From assembly GCA_004022145.1 (NCBI GenBank), contig RCNU01000008.1: 64,000 nt of DNA. One strand, written 5' to 3'. This stretch comes from Paecilomyces variotii (lineage: Eukaryota). This document shows positions 49,586-61,679 of the stretch, piece after piece (position 1 is the first letter of the stretch; every line of letters starts with the position of its first letter). The position numbers were made by a program, and so were the translations under genes. The notes under the pieces were generated by a model that did not search any database, was not told the origin of the DNA, and saw only the letters and a list, made by a program, of their open reading frames with translations.

Positions 49586-52500
49586 TTAACCCAAGCTTCC
49601 GAGCTTCTGCTGCTCGTTGGGGGTCAAGGCAGCATACAGTTCCTGGAATCCAGGCTTGGTTGACGCTTCACGGAAGAACTCCAATAGGAATGCCTGCGTC
49701 TCGTCGTCGCGCTTCCGAACTCCAAAGACACCTTCCATGCCTCCTTCGCCAAATGCCATCAACTCCTGCTTCGTGACGCCCAGACCAAGATCCAAAACAT
49801 TACCGGGGACGTCTTCCCAGTCATCACCATCATCGCTTCCCTCTTCCTCCAAAGTCGCTGCGGTGGCTGCGTCGAGCTCGCGGTTTCCAGAGGCAGAGAC
49901 AAGCTCCTCCACGAGGACCTTAATGATCTTCAGTGGTGCAGGGACGGTGGTGTAGTGGTCTGGGTTGGCGCGGGCCTGCGAGCGGGTCTTGATACGGCCA
50001 GTGTCCTGGATGATCAGGTCACCTTTGACTTGCACCTGAGCCAAACGAGGGTCTTGCAGGTTGTAGAGTTTGGAAAGGGCAAAAATGTTCTGCTTGATCT
50101 CGTCGTATCCCGCAAAGTTCACCGAGTTTTCCAGCCACTTGCTAATAACGATTGCCAAGCCGTTCTGGCCGTTGAGGTCGAGCTGAGCGAGGAAATCAAC
50201 TACCTCGCGCGGGCTTATCAGGGTCAGACGAGCGAAAACAAGAATCAAACTCTGAATGAATTGAGCCTGCTCTGCGGTAGCCAAGCGCTGGGCAACGGCA
50301 CGAAGAAGCTGCGGGAGGAAAGGTCCCAGCTTCTCCGAACCAGCGCGCTCGACGAGCTCTGCCGCAAGCTGACCAACTTCTGTGGCAGCGTTATCATCGA
50401 CAGCCGGTCCGAGCAGGCGATCAATGATCACAAGGACGACCTCGAGTGCCCCCTTGCCGGTCAATGGGTCCCTCCAGGCGATGAATTGGTCGAAATCATG
50501 GGCAAGGATGTGTCTGACGGTAAGCGTAGCAGGCCGGATGAGTTCACCGTCTGTCGACTCAAGGAGCAGCCTGGTCAACTTGGGCATGATGCTAGCCACC
50601 AGGCCAGCAGGAAGGGGAGACAAGCCATTCTCCGTCAAGGCGCGCAGGAGGTCCACCGCCAGGTTGGTCAGGGCGTTCTCTTGCGTCAAACTCCCGACAT
50701 CGATCGCTCCTGTCATGGATGGAAGGACCTTCTCACAGAGGCGGATGTATGATTCGGTGCCCTGTTCGGCGATCCTCTCAACAATATCCTCAAAGGCCTC
50801 GGTAACAATCATCACCAGATGGAAGTTGCTTGCGCCATTGCTGGCAACGTTGAAGAGCACATCGAGAGCCGTCGAATTGATCACCACGCTGGGATCGACC
50901 ATGATGGTATCGCGTAACGTTTCAGCCAAAGTGACCTTGAGGTCATCGTTATCGGTTGACTCTCGAAGATCGTGCTGAGAGATAAACTGAGAGATGGCCG
51001 TAATGACGGGCACCTGCAGGGCCTGGGTGGTCGCGGGAGGAAGAGAAGTCAGGAGATCCTGGAGAACACGAATGCAAGAGACCTGGACGACCTCAGAGGG
51101 GTCTTCTGTGATGGCCTTCAGGGAGGCCTCAAGATAAGAAGCCGCCGCCTGCTGCTGGAACCCGTCAGGCGCAGTCTTGGAGAGAATTCCTGCCACCAGG
51201 TATCCCCGAGCGCGCAGAAGCTCCTGCTCCTGCTGAATAGCGAAGTTGATGAAATCCGTGAATCTATTAGCCAACTCCAGTGGAATCTGCTGGTCCACCT
51301 CGCTAAAGTCACGCAGCAATTGATTGACAATAAACAGCGCGGCCTCACGAGCCTTCCATCTGCAACACAGTCAGTATTCTGTCATTTGCGGAACAGGCGA
51401 GGGGAAGTGCATACGTAGAAGATGCATCCGCGAACAGCGCGCTGGTGTAGGCAAGAAGACCCTCCACGGTCATCGTCTTTAACCATTCACCCAGCTTGAT
51501 CACTAGATCACCGCCGCACGTGCGAGGGGTGATATTAGCCGTAACGGAGGTCTCCTCGGACAGAAACAGGTTGACGTCGATGTCCCATAAGCCTTCCTCC
51601 TCCGTGGTGATCTGAGCATAAGCCACAACCAACTTCATCACTTCAGGGAGCCAGCTCGAAGTCGTGGCCGCCTGTCCAGCATTCTGTAGCTGCGTCTGCA
51701 GCTCCGCCTTGACTGGAGGAGCCTTCAATAACGCCTGCATCAGATCCAGCTCTTCTATAACGAGGAAGTCCAGTGTGTAGGGGAGGGCATCTGTATCCTC
51801 CAGACGACCCTGTCGCTCATCCGTGATGTAGAAGTCATGGTAGGGGCCCTGAATGTTGGAGAGCTCGGTCCAGATCGTCGAGAAGTAGGCGGGAGTTTGA
51901 GGAGCTAGGAGGCCGGGAAAGATCATGCGGATCTTCATGAGAGTCTATAATAATAGATATCCCGGTCAGTCGGAACCGTGAGCACAGATCACAGGCAGAT
52001 CTACTATACCTTCACCACCTGCAGTTTCAGGGCAATCGATCCTCTCCACTGAGATGCGATCTCCGTCTCCTTCGACTCCTCGTCTTCCGACGGTGGCTGC
52101 GGCAGCGGGGCCTTCATGACGGTCAGGAAGAAGGGCGACCATCCTCCCAACGCTTCGTCCATGAACTGTTTGACCACTGTCTTGTGCTGCTCCAGCACCA
52201 TCTCCAACGTATCGAAGCACGAGCGGAACACGGACACGGCCAGTGCCCGCAAGATGGGCTTTCTGGACTCATTGGTCGCGACGGCAAACAACGATGACAC
52301 CAAGTCGCGGGCCACGTTGAAGAACTGCTCCTCGCTGAATCCAGTATCCACCAGGTCGAGCAAGACCTTCAGCGCACCGTGCAGCGCGCCATCCGTGCTG
52401 CTGGGATTATTGATAATGTGCAGCACCGTGGGTAGCAGCTCGGGCCACTGTTCAGGGAAATCGGCACTGGCGACCTTACTGACAGCATAACTGGCAGCGG

Positions 52501-52828
52501 ATTTGACCCTGCGCTCCGGTACATCCGCCGTAGTGGCCAGCTCCAGGAGGACCTGTCGAATGTGCACCTTGTTGGCATCGCTGACCAGCACCTGGCCCTT
52601 GAATTCGTCGAGATGCGGCGACCAAGCGGCCTGGATGAAGGTGCGCAACACGGACAGGGCAGACTGTCGCAGGTTGGCCGGAACGGAATTGTGCGAGGCG
52701 ATGGCCGCGAGAGACAGAGGAAAGGTTTCGTTCGTGTAGAGACGCAGCAGTCGCAGCTCCGCGGCCTTTCTGGCGTCCGCAGCGGGGGACTGGGTGTCCG
52801 CGAGCAGCGGGAGGAGCTCTTGCTCCAT
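49586..52828 (-). CDS. KAP114: Importin-9 / karyopherin Kap114 (importin-beta family); 3 exons
   Basis: IBN_N-like start (RKAAELRL, RQSALSVLR, ADFPEQWPELLP), HEAT repeats and C-terminal GDLI...GRIKTRS...PLKIIKVL plus an acidic loop. Introns 52009-51945 and 51414-51360. Confidence 0.9.
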
Positions 52829-53648
52829 GACGAGAGGGTCAATATCGGAGGTGGAGAGAGAAAGAGATTCAGATCAACAACGACGACGCTACCCAACAAT
52901 TATTGGATGACGTCTCCCTCGTCTTGAAAAGAGAAACGGGGGGGGGAGATGTGATCAGGGATGATGGACACCCGTTGGAGGGGGGGGGAAAGAAACGCGT
53001 TATCGGCGCGTGTTTATCCTCGGAGAGTAATAATATAATATTTTTAGGCAGATGGCGTCGGGAGATTCCCAGATGGGGAAGTTCACTTTTTTTAGGAAGT
53101 GGAGGGAGTGGAGGTCACAGGGGGGAATTATTGAATTTCTTTGTGACGGGGGCCATACAAGCCAAGACGGGCCTTTTTTTTCAGAGTCAGATAGTTAGTT
53201 CATTTGACTCGGGCGAGAAATAAGTTACCGTCAAAAGAAAAGAAAAAAAGAGAGAATAAGTAAAAGTCGAGCAAAAGAAAACAAATGATTGTTTTGTCGG
53301 TTGTTGTCAGTTACTTGGTTAGTTAGGGGAAACTGGAAGGGAGAGCCCGTGGGATGGGATAGATATAATACAATGTGATACAATATGGTATGAGATGCTT
53401 AATATATACGTATGGTATTCTCCATCTGATAGCTATTATTATTGACTACTACCACCAGCGGGAGGGAGTCTATATAACCGTTATTGGTTGTATGTAATGA
53501 TTTGTACGGGTTAAACCAACCAAAACAGCACCAAAACACAGAGCAATAACTAATAAATAAATGAATGGTTACAGCAGCAATCCAGAGGGGGGAAGCGGGG
53601 GGAATAATGATACTCAGACAGAACATAATATAAAATACAATAATACCA

Positions 53649-53693
53649 AACACAACAATACAACAATACAACACAACACAACACAACACAACA
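53649..53693 (+). repeat. (ACAAC/ACAAT)n degenerate pentanucleotide repeat
   Basis: Direct reading; lies in the AT-rich divergent KAP114/REV7 intergenic region, which also has ATCA runs and A19 at 53864-53882. Confidence 0.85.
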
Positions 53694-54454
53694 GAATATA
53701 AAAGCAATCCGGACAGCCTCCTGTCCCAGCCGGCCTACTCTACGTGTCAGTCCGCAAACGCCCGGTGGAGCAGCTGCTCTGTTGTTTTTTTTTGAAGCAG
53801 TTCCTCACTAATCAATCAATCAATAAGCAAGAATTATTATTATTATCATTATCATCAATAAATAAAAAAAAAAAAAAAAAAACAATCCATAATCAATCAA
53901 CCATCAATCAAATCCATCCTTCCAGGATTCCTGCAGCGCAATCCAACCCATGACGCAGGCACGTGACTGCTCTCTCTACGCGACTTCACCTTTTACTACT
54001 TGCTCTGCTCGACTGGATAACTTTCCCCTCCAAGGCCGTTGCTCTGCTCCGATCCCCACGTTCCCCCTCCCCCTCCAAATTTATCCCCCAAGGCCTTTCA
54101 TCGACCTGTCGGCCCTGGCTTTGCTATCTTCTCGCCGTCTCTCTCGCTGTTGAGAGTCTCTGGCTCCCCCCGTTTTGCTCCTCCACCGTCCATCTTTCCC
54201 CCCCCCGGTCGTGGTCGATCCACGCACGAATCCCGCCCGCATTCCAAACCCGCACCATCCCAAACTACAACCCCCCCGGTCTCGAGATCTTCAATCTACA
54301 CCCCCAAAGTCCCCTGCTTGGCGAACCTCCAGCGTCGTCGAGAAGAGGCAGAGAGCGATGATTAGCTTCAGGGTGGAACAGCAGGCAGATTCTCGAAGAC
54401 TCCTTGACGACCGTCACGACTGTGAGAACGGCGACCCCAGGATCTTTCACCGCA

Positions 54455-55321
54455 ATGGCAATGGCGAGTGAGAGCACCACTGTCGACACCACCGCCAGCA
54501 CCATGACGACGTCTTCCACGCCCGTCACGGTTCCCAAGTCTCTGCCCAGCAATCAGGCAGCCCTGGCCGCCTCCTTCACCAACTTCCTGAGCGTCTCGAT
54601 CCATCAGATCCTGTTCCTACGTTCAGTCTATCCCCGAGCCACCTTCCTACCTGTGCGAGCCTACAATTATCCTGTCCGCCAGTCCCGTCATCCCAAGGTC
54701 TGTGACTATATCAACGATGCCGCTATTGCAGTCGATACCGAGATTCTGAAAGGCACCATCACCGCCGTCACCGTCATCATCTCGTCCCTGCGCACAAATC
54801 AACCCCTGGAACGATACGCCTTCGATCTCTCGGGCTTTCCCCGAGTACCGTCCGGAGAGACCAACACCTCCTTCGAAGAGAGGAAAGAGGATGCAGCCAA
54901 GGCCGCCGCGAGGCCTCCCTCGCAGTCGGTGGACCTAGAAGCTCAATTCCGCGCCTGTCTGGCTCGACTCGCGTCTGCGTGTGCGCGATTAACTCCCCTG
55001 CCGCGGGACGACGAGTTCACGTTTACTGTTTGTATTGAAGTACGAGAGGATGCGTTGCCGCCGGCGGGTACCACCAAGGAAGAGCAGACATGGGTCGTCG
55101 CGGAACCGGGGAAGATTCATCTACGATCCTGTACTGCCCCGTACTCGGTCTCCAAGCTGGGGAATAACGAACCGCAGCAACCAGCGCCCAAGATTTCGAA
55201 TGGGAGGGCCAAAACTGTGCCTGTGAGACGGATCGAGGCCGGAGAACTCCGTCTGGAGCTGTGGGTGGAAGAAGCACGGCAGAAATTCGAAGAGCCCGTG
55301 GATTCCGAACACCCGCCATGA
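54455..55321 (+). CDS. REV7: HORMA-domain protein Rev7/Mad2L2 (DNA polymerase zeta accessory subunit)
   Basis: FLSVSIHQILFLRSVYPRATF...YNYPVRQSRHPKVCDYI, PLERYAFD, LEAQFRA and LELWVEE are Rev7-type HORMA motifs. Confidence 0.88.
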   Translation: MAMASESTTVDTTASTMTTSSTPVTVPKSLPSNQAALAASFTNFLSVSIHQILFLRSVYPRATFLPVRAYNYPVRQSRHPKVCDYINDAAIAVDTEILKGTITAVTVIISSLRTNQPLERYAFDLSGFPRVPSGETNTSFEERKEDAAKAAARPPSQSVDLEAQFRACLARLASACARLTPLPRDDEFTFTVCIEVREDALPPAGTTKEEQTWVVAEPGKIHLRSCTAPYSVSKLGNNEPQQPAPKISNGRAKTVPVRRIEAGELRLELWVEEARQKFEEPVDSEHPP

Positions 55322-57796
55322 TTGTTTTGCCTTTCTTTCTTAACTTCCATATTCACACATGAGCAAATCTTTCTCGACAGTATATGACAAATGAGGCAGG
55401 AGGGGTTCTCTCGTCTGAGTGGCGCGGGATAAAGTGGAAACGGACGATCTGGGAAACAAACGGGATCATATAGACCGGAAGGAAGTTTTTATCTATTCTC
55501 TATTCTTCATTTTTTCCTTCCCTGTTGCTTTTGCCTTTCACATCATTATCTTTTCCCCATCTTTTTCTTTCTCATACCATTCTCGTCAACTCTCTAGTCT
55601 TCTTCTTTTCTTTTTCTTAAACACTCTTCTACGTTTCTTTTGATCTCTCATCACCTACATGATTCCAAGCCATCAAGTTGTCAACTACCAAGACTGTTCG
55701 CATCACCGTCGGTATTAACAATTCGTGCATCATCATACATATCGTCGTGTCATCGCCAAATCATCATCGTTGAAACGTTGAGGCCCAGCAATAAATATTC
55801 ATTTTCTTTTCCGTTTTGATCAAATGTGATATGCTTGTGTTTATTGTTTTCTTCCCTTGCTTTCATTGCAAATATCCAATTCTCGGAAAATTCAAGCCGG
55901 AACCGAAAAAAAAGCTACGCGGTACTTTTGGTTCAGAAGTCTGTTGAATCCAACGATCAAGCGATTCTCTCGACCCCCATGTTTCGACCCCTCCCTCGCC
56001 AAAACGTTTTCCCTAACCTCCGTCAAAACGAATAGCGAACACGTGAGGGGTGCGCATCTGAAAAGGCGACTGTGGTCGACAACAGTACTCCTGCTGTCCT
56101 TATTTTATTTTTTCGATCTCTCCTATCACGGGCCTCATTTCCTTTCTTTTTTCGATTCAGCCTTCGTCTGCTCCGATCTCTCCTTAACTCTCCTTCGCTT
56201 CTCCTCCTTCCTCGAAATGATTCCCCGCTCTCCAGTCAGGCTTATGAAAACGCGAAGAAAATCAAAGAAAAAAAAAAGTTCTATCAGTGATATCCGTCGC
56301 TCGTCTTCTTTTTTTTCCTGCCGCTCTTAACGAACATCTTGCCTTCCTGCCGGGTCACATGGTTCCTCATCATCTTTGCTTTTTTGCTCATGTCTTGTGT
56401 CCTTGTTATTTTGCGCCCCCCACTTGCATAATTCCCGGAGCCCCGGGAAGAACGGAATCAAATGGAATGACGTGAGATGTTTCAGAATAAGAATGAGATA
56501 AAGTTTTTATTATCTCGATTACTTCCTTTTGGCTTCGCTCTGATTTGGTTTATTTTCACTCTTCTTCTTTATCTTGAGCCCGTGTATCGTAGAGATGGGG
56601 AGTTGTATGTACCTACAAGTAGGTGGTTAATAGTTATTTGTTCTCGTCTATATTTTGCGTTCCTACTGTTTCATATTCCCGTTCCTTGGTTCAGGGGAAT
56701 TGAGAGGAATGCCTCAGCGAAACGGCTCAGTGTGGAAGAAGAAGCAGTCGACTCTTGTCCTTTTGGGCGTCTTCCAGCCTTTTCGCCTACGGAGAAAGAG
56801 AGGGAATATAGGAAGTGGGTGGGGGCATGGACAGGGGAAATATCTACTGCGGCATTCTCTTCTCTCAATTGTCATCATCCCCCATGCGTTGCATGACATC
56901 AGTGTGGATTGAAGATGACGACGAAACATGAGCAATGACTAACGGTAAGTGAAGATACCGGAACATAAGATCGAGTCTGGATCCTAAGCTTCGTTACGAG
57001 GAGGCAGAAATGGAGTGCAGACACCAGCAGACGCCACATATCTAACGACGCACGATATTAGAACGAGAGAGAAAAACGAACCTTCTCTATTTAAGGTACG
57101 TCCATTCGTGCGTTTCCCAGGTACGATGAAGAAGGTGAGTGGGTGTTATCAAGTAAACAATAAACGTAAGACACAGACGGGGCCCAGGAGGGGAGAAACG
57201 AAGTCCTTTTCAAAAGTAGAACGTAAGTGGCTGCGTAATCTTCGAGCAAGATATTCGAGTAGAATGTAAGGCAGACTGGCTTATAAAAGGTAGAATGCTT
57301 TTGGTAAAATCCGCCCTTGCCAGCAGTTCTTTCCTTTTATGTAGCGGAAGTCAAAAAAGACATTGCCTACCCGCCCAGCAGGTAACAAGAGAACTAATCT
57401 GTAATCATTATGATAGACGTTCTCATTATTATAACGTCTTTTGGGGGTATTCGTATTTGCATACATAGATAGATAGCTATGTGTCTAATACAATCTTCTG
57501 AGCTAGGCCAAAGATCAATTCTCATCTATGAGACGGATGGAGGAAGCAAGTCTACCAACCGTTCTGATTTTCCTTTTTAAAAAAAGAGAGAGAGTGAGAG
57601 AGAAAGAGAGAAGGTTCCTCCGTTGAATGCAAGTGTACTTTCCATTGTTATTATTATTACTATCAAAGTTCATTCTGGATAATAGACAGTAGTAGAAGGA
57701 AACAGAAGCTGTATCAGCCTGGTATCGATTGGGTAGAGCACATAAAATCAACTTAAGTCAAATGTTCCCAAAAGACGCTTGTACAATCACCACTCA

Positions 57797-60239
57797 TCAA
57801 CGACCACGACGCCATCCTGCGCGATTCGGGGCAAAGATATCATCGCGGTCATCGAATTCAGGGAGGCGAGGAGTATCGGGTCTCGCTTCTCGAGCCAGAC
57901 GCCCTCCCAATGGTTCAATGTTCAGATTTCGTCGAACGGGCGGCGGCCCATAAAATCCAGGTCCATAGAACCCCTGGGCTTGAAGATGAGCATCGAGCTC
58001 CATTTGCAGTGCTGCTGCTTCTTCCGCTGCTGCTGGAGGCATTGGTGGGATGATGGGCTGCATGGGTCCGAAAAAGGGTCTTTGGGCCATTTGTGGTGCT
58101 GGTCCTGGTCCTAGTCCGGGTCCTACAGGCATACCACCGTAAGGGTTCCAATGAAATCCGATTGGGAAGGGGGCGGCTTGAGGAAGAGGGCCGACGTTCA
58201 TAGGCATCATCGGCTGTGGACGCGGTCCCGGCCAAGGCATCATCCTGGGAGCTCCTACTGGTCTCATGTTGTTGTTGGGGACTGTCGCGCGTCTGGTTCT
58301 AGCATTTGTCTTATCTTTGTCCTTATCAACCCGCAGGTCTTCCTCTTTCAGGTGAGGATTCTCTGCACGAATCTTGGAAATGGCTGCTCTTTCAGCACGT
58401 GCAACTTCTTCTTTATCACGTTCTGCTGGAGTCTCGTCGTTCATGGTACAGCCACGGGGCCTGACTCTAGCATTGGGCATGAATACGCCGTTGGGCATCA
58501 CATCGACAAAGTGGTTGTACTTCTCAGTGGTGATATCCTTTTTGCAAAGATAGCACATAATCCTTCCGCATGGGCAGGTCATCTTGTTGCAGCCAAATTC
58601 CTTGATGAGTTTGACTCCGCAGGAAGAGCAGGTCCGAATCAGGGCGTCGCTCATGGCTTCCTCCACGAAATGGCGTCCTTCTAGCCCCTTTTCTTTCTTG
58701 GCCTCTTCGCAGCTCTTCGGAACATGAGATTCGGATTTGCAGAGGCGGCAGCTCACTTTCTTGCAGTCTGGGTTTTGGCAACGGAACTCGCGGTCCTCCT
58801 TAATGGGCGGTAGTATTGCTTTGAAGTTGCAAAAGGGACATTCTTCAAGTCCTTCGATGTTTGCCTTTGCGATCTCAGCTTGTTGTTCGAGCGCTTCCAG
58901 CTTGGCTATGATTGCCGGTCCAACAGCCTCGCTGAGCCCAGAGCGAGAAAACCCGGCTTTGCAACCGCTCATATCGAAACATTTTATCTCGTACTTCATC
59001 TGGCCGATCTGTGTTTCTGCTCCGCTCTTAACGCAGCCATAGCAGAAAAAGTGAACTGCTTCTCCTTCGCAGGGGATCGCTCGGTTGGATGGCACATCTG
59101 AGAAGCAGCACTGGCACTCTATAAGAGATCCTGCCTTTCTGTGCTCTTCTTCGTTGAGCTTTTCGGCACGCTCGGCTGCTCTTTTACGCTGGAGCTCGTC
59201 TTCAACGTGCATGAGTTATTAGTTTATGTATCAAAACCGACGAGAGATACAAAACATACCATTTTCTTTGATGAGTCTGCTTTTTGCGGAGTTCACTTGG
59301 CTTTTAAAGCCCCATTTTGGCTTTTTTGCGTGGATTTCCATAAGTACCTCCTCTCTTGAGGGTCCTCTCGGCGCTGGGAGACGCTTGTACGGGGGATTTT
59401 TCTTCTGGTCGTCGTAGTTCTCAGACGCGTACAGAGATAGGTATGCAGAGTACAGACTTTTCTTCTGGCAAACCAAGAGGTCGATGTAGCTTAGAGGGAC
59501 CCACGGAAATGCCTCGAGGAGGACGTGCACACTATGAGTCTTTTTAGCAGGGACGAAAATCAAGTGAAGAAAGCCACGAAGACAGAGAAAAAGAAAAGGG
59601 GGTCACTGACATTGAGTTAAAGTACATCTTGTCACCTTCGTGAGTCAAGAATTCCTCCTTCCATATAGTCTCTGCATTATCTGCAGAGTCTCCCGTTTTG
59701 CTCTTGTGTTTAGGATAGGAACGACAAGAGAGCACATCTTCTGTGATCCTCTGAGCTATGACCCGGGGGTCTATCTCAGTGGCTTTTCTTTTCCCCTTGG
59801 AACCAGTAGTAGGACCATCAGCATAGCCATACTCCTTATACTTCCTGTAAAGTTCTCTGATATAGGTGCGACTAATATCAGGGAACAACTCCAGGACAAG
59901 CTTCAGACACGCAGTCTCCTTGTCAGCTTCCAAGGCAGATTCATCTCGACTGAAGGGCCATAAGGATGTTCCAGACGAAACTGACGGTTTCTGACGCGTT
60001 GAAGATGATTTTGAGGTAGTGAAGAGCATATCTGCAGTCTGGCGGTGATTGTTAGTGCGAATCACTCTCTTCTTGTGGGCGGGTCCGCGACTGTCCGGAT
60101 CTACGATCTGCGTGAAGGAGGATCCACGCGTGTTGTTTTTTGCACCAGTTGTGGTGGCGGTGTTATTGCAGAGAAGACCAGCGGTCTCCAAGGGTCCGGA
60201 CTCCCCATCACTAAAAATCTCAACCACTTCATGCATCAT
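57797..60239 (-). CDS. RBR (RING-IBR-RING) E3 ubiquitin ligase, RNF216/TRIAD3-like; 3 exons (start could be 60302)
   Basis: ECQCCF...HFFCYGC RING1, CPFC...CQNPDC..SCRLC...H IBR, VEEAMS.ALIR, GCNKMTCPCG..CYLC RING2. Introns near 59610-59533 and 59259-59201. Confidence 0.87.
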
Positions 60240-61679
60240 TTTAAATAGATATGCTAGGTCGCTGCAATAGTAGACTGGATCTTCAGTCAGAATAGTCAGC
60301 ATCTAGATCACAGAAAGGCCTAATGATATGATATAAAAGCTCAAAATAGAGATAATGAAGAATGAAATCCTACTGATGCAGTAGCTCCTATCCATTGGAG
60401 ATCCACCAACCTGTACATCTATTCGTGTTTATGTAGGGGGAAACGCAGAGTACAAAAGGCAATACGATAAGAAATATAGGATATTGATATCGAATCCTCA
60501 TATACGCTTGAGAGGCAACAGGAGACTTATAATATCCTGAAATGAAATAGGAAAATGAGGGATCAAATGAAGAAACCTCAATTCCACAATCTCGTCCTGG
60601 AAGTAGAGAAGCATAGAACTAAGGAAAAGGTTTCTCAGATCTATCCAGTCGACTTGTCCAGGAAATTCACATTTATATAAACTTTTAAGAGATGGCACAC
60701 GAGACCCTAACGTACCTAGATGAGGCTGAATAGCTTCAGTTGCTCTCTTATCTTGTTTTGCTCAGCCTTGCGATAGGTACTTTGTATAAGGCTGGGTGTT
60801 TTTTTATTTCATCCAACATTCCCAGGAGCCTCGTGGGCGCCCAGCCTGCTAGGGGCCTGGTATCCAAAATAAATATGCCCTTTCTGTCAAGTTCAGCTTA
60901 GATGATGGCGGTTTGTTGATTGATGCCTGGGGGGCGGCCTACTACTGTAGAAATGCAAGTGAAGCCATACGAAATCAATGAGACAACCAAAACTGCATCG
61001 TCTAGTGGTTCTAGATCAAGAAAGAAACTGAAATGAATTATTGAGGCAACAGCACAGCTGCTCCATCAGTTGAGATTCGTCATTATCGCATCTTGTTGCA
61101 TACCGTTGACGTTGAAGTAAAGACGCTGGTTGAGGCTCAGGGGCTAGAATCACGTGAGTGTATCAGCGGAGATACGATAAGTACTCCGTACTACATACTC
61201 CGTAGATAGAAGAGGTTTGGCCCGATTCACATGACGGCAGACGGCCCTGCCCCAAGCCCTAAGTCAGCAACCCCGCCTGACGGTCACGAGGCATCATCGA
61301 CAGGGGGAGCCGGAGTCCGCTGCCAATCCGGGCTGGGGATGTTCCTGCGGTGAGTGAGGGGGGCATGTGCGTTCGAAAGTATACGGCTCCTTCCCGCGCT
61401 TGTCGTCGCTTGGCCTCGGACCTTTGACAAAGAGAAACATAGATATGGTAAATGTGTATCGACGGCAAGAGGCGTCATACCGCCAAGTCATCTGGGATAC
61501 ATCTGTCCTTCTGTCCTTAAGAAGAGTTATTAAACCCATTCATGCTCAGTTTCGTTGCTAAACTACTACCCTTGAGACAGCAGAATTGACCACATTATCA
61601 TTACATCTCACTGAAAACGGCACTTTTCAGCTTCAATTATCGTCTATTTCTTCAATTAGATCATCCTGCCGTAGCCGCT

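Noticed and set aside
49617-51418. Plus-strand ORFs of 112-265 aa opposite KAP114
   Set aside because: Antisense shadows of the real CDS; no independent coding features.
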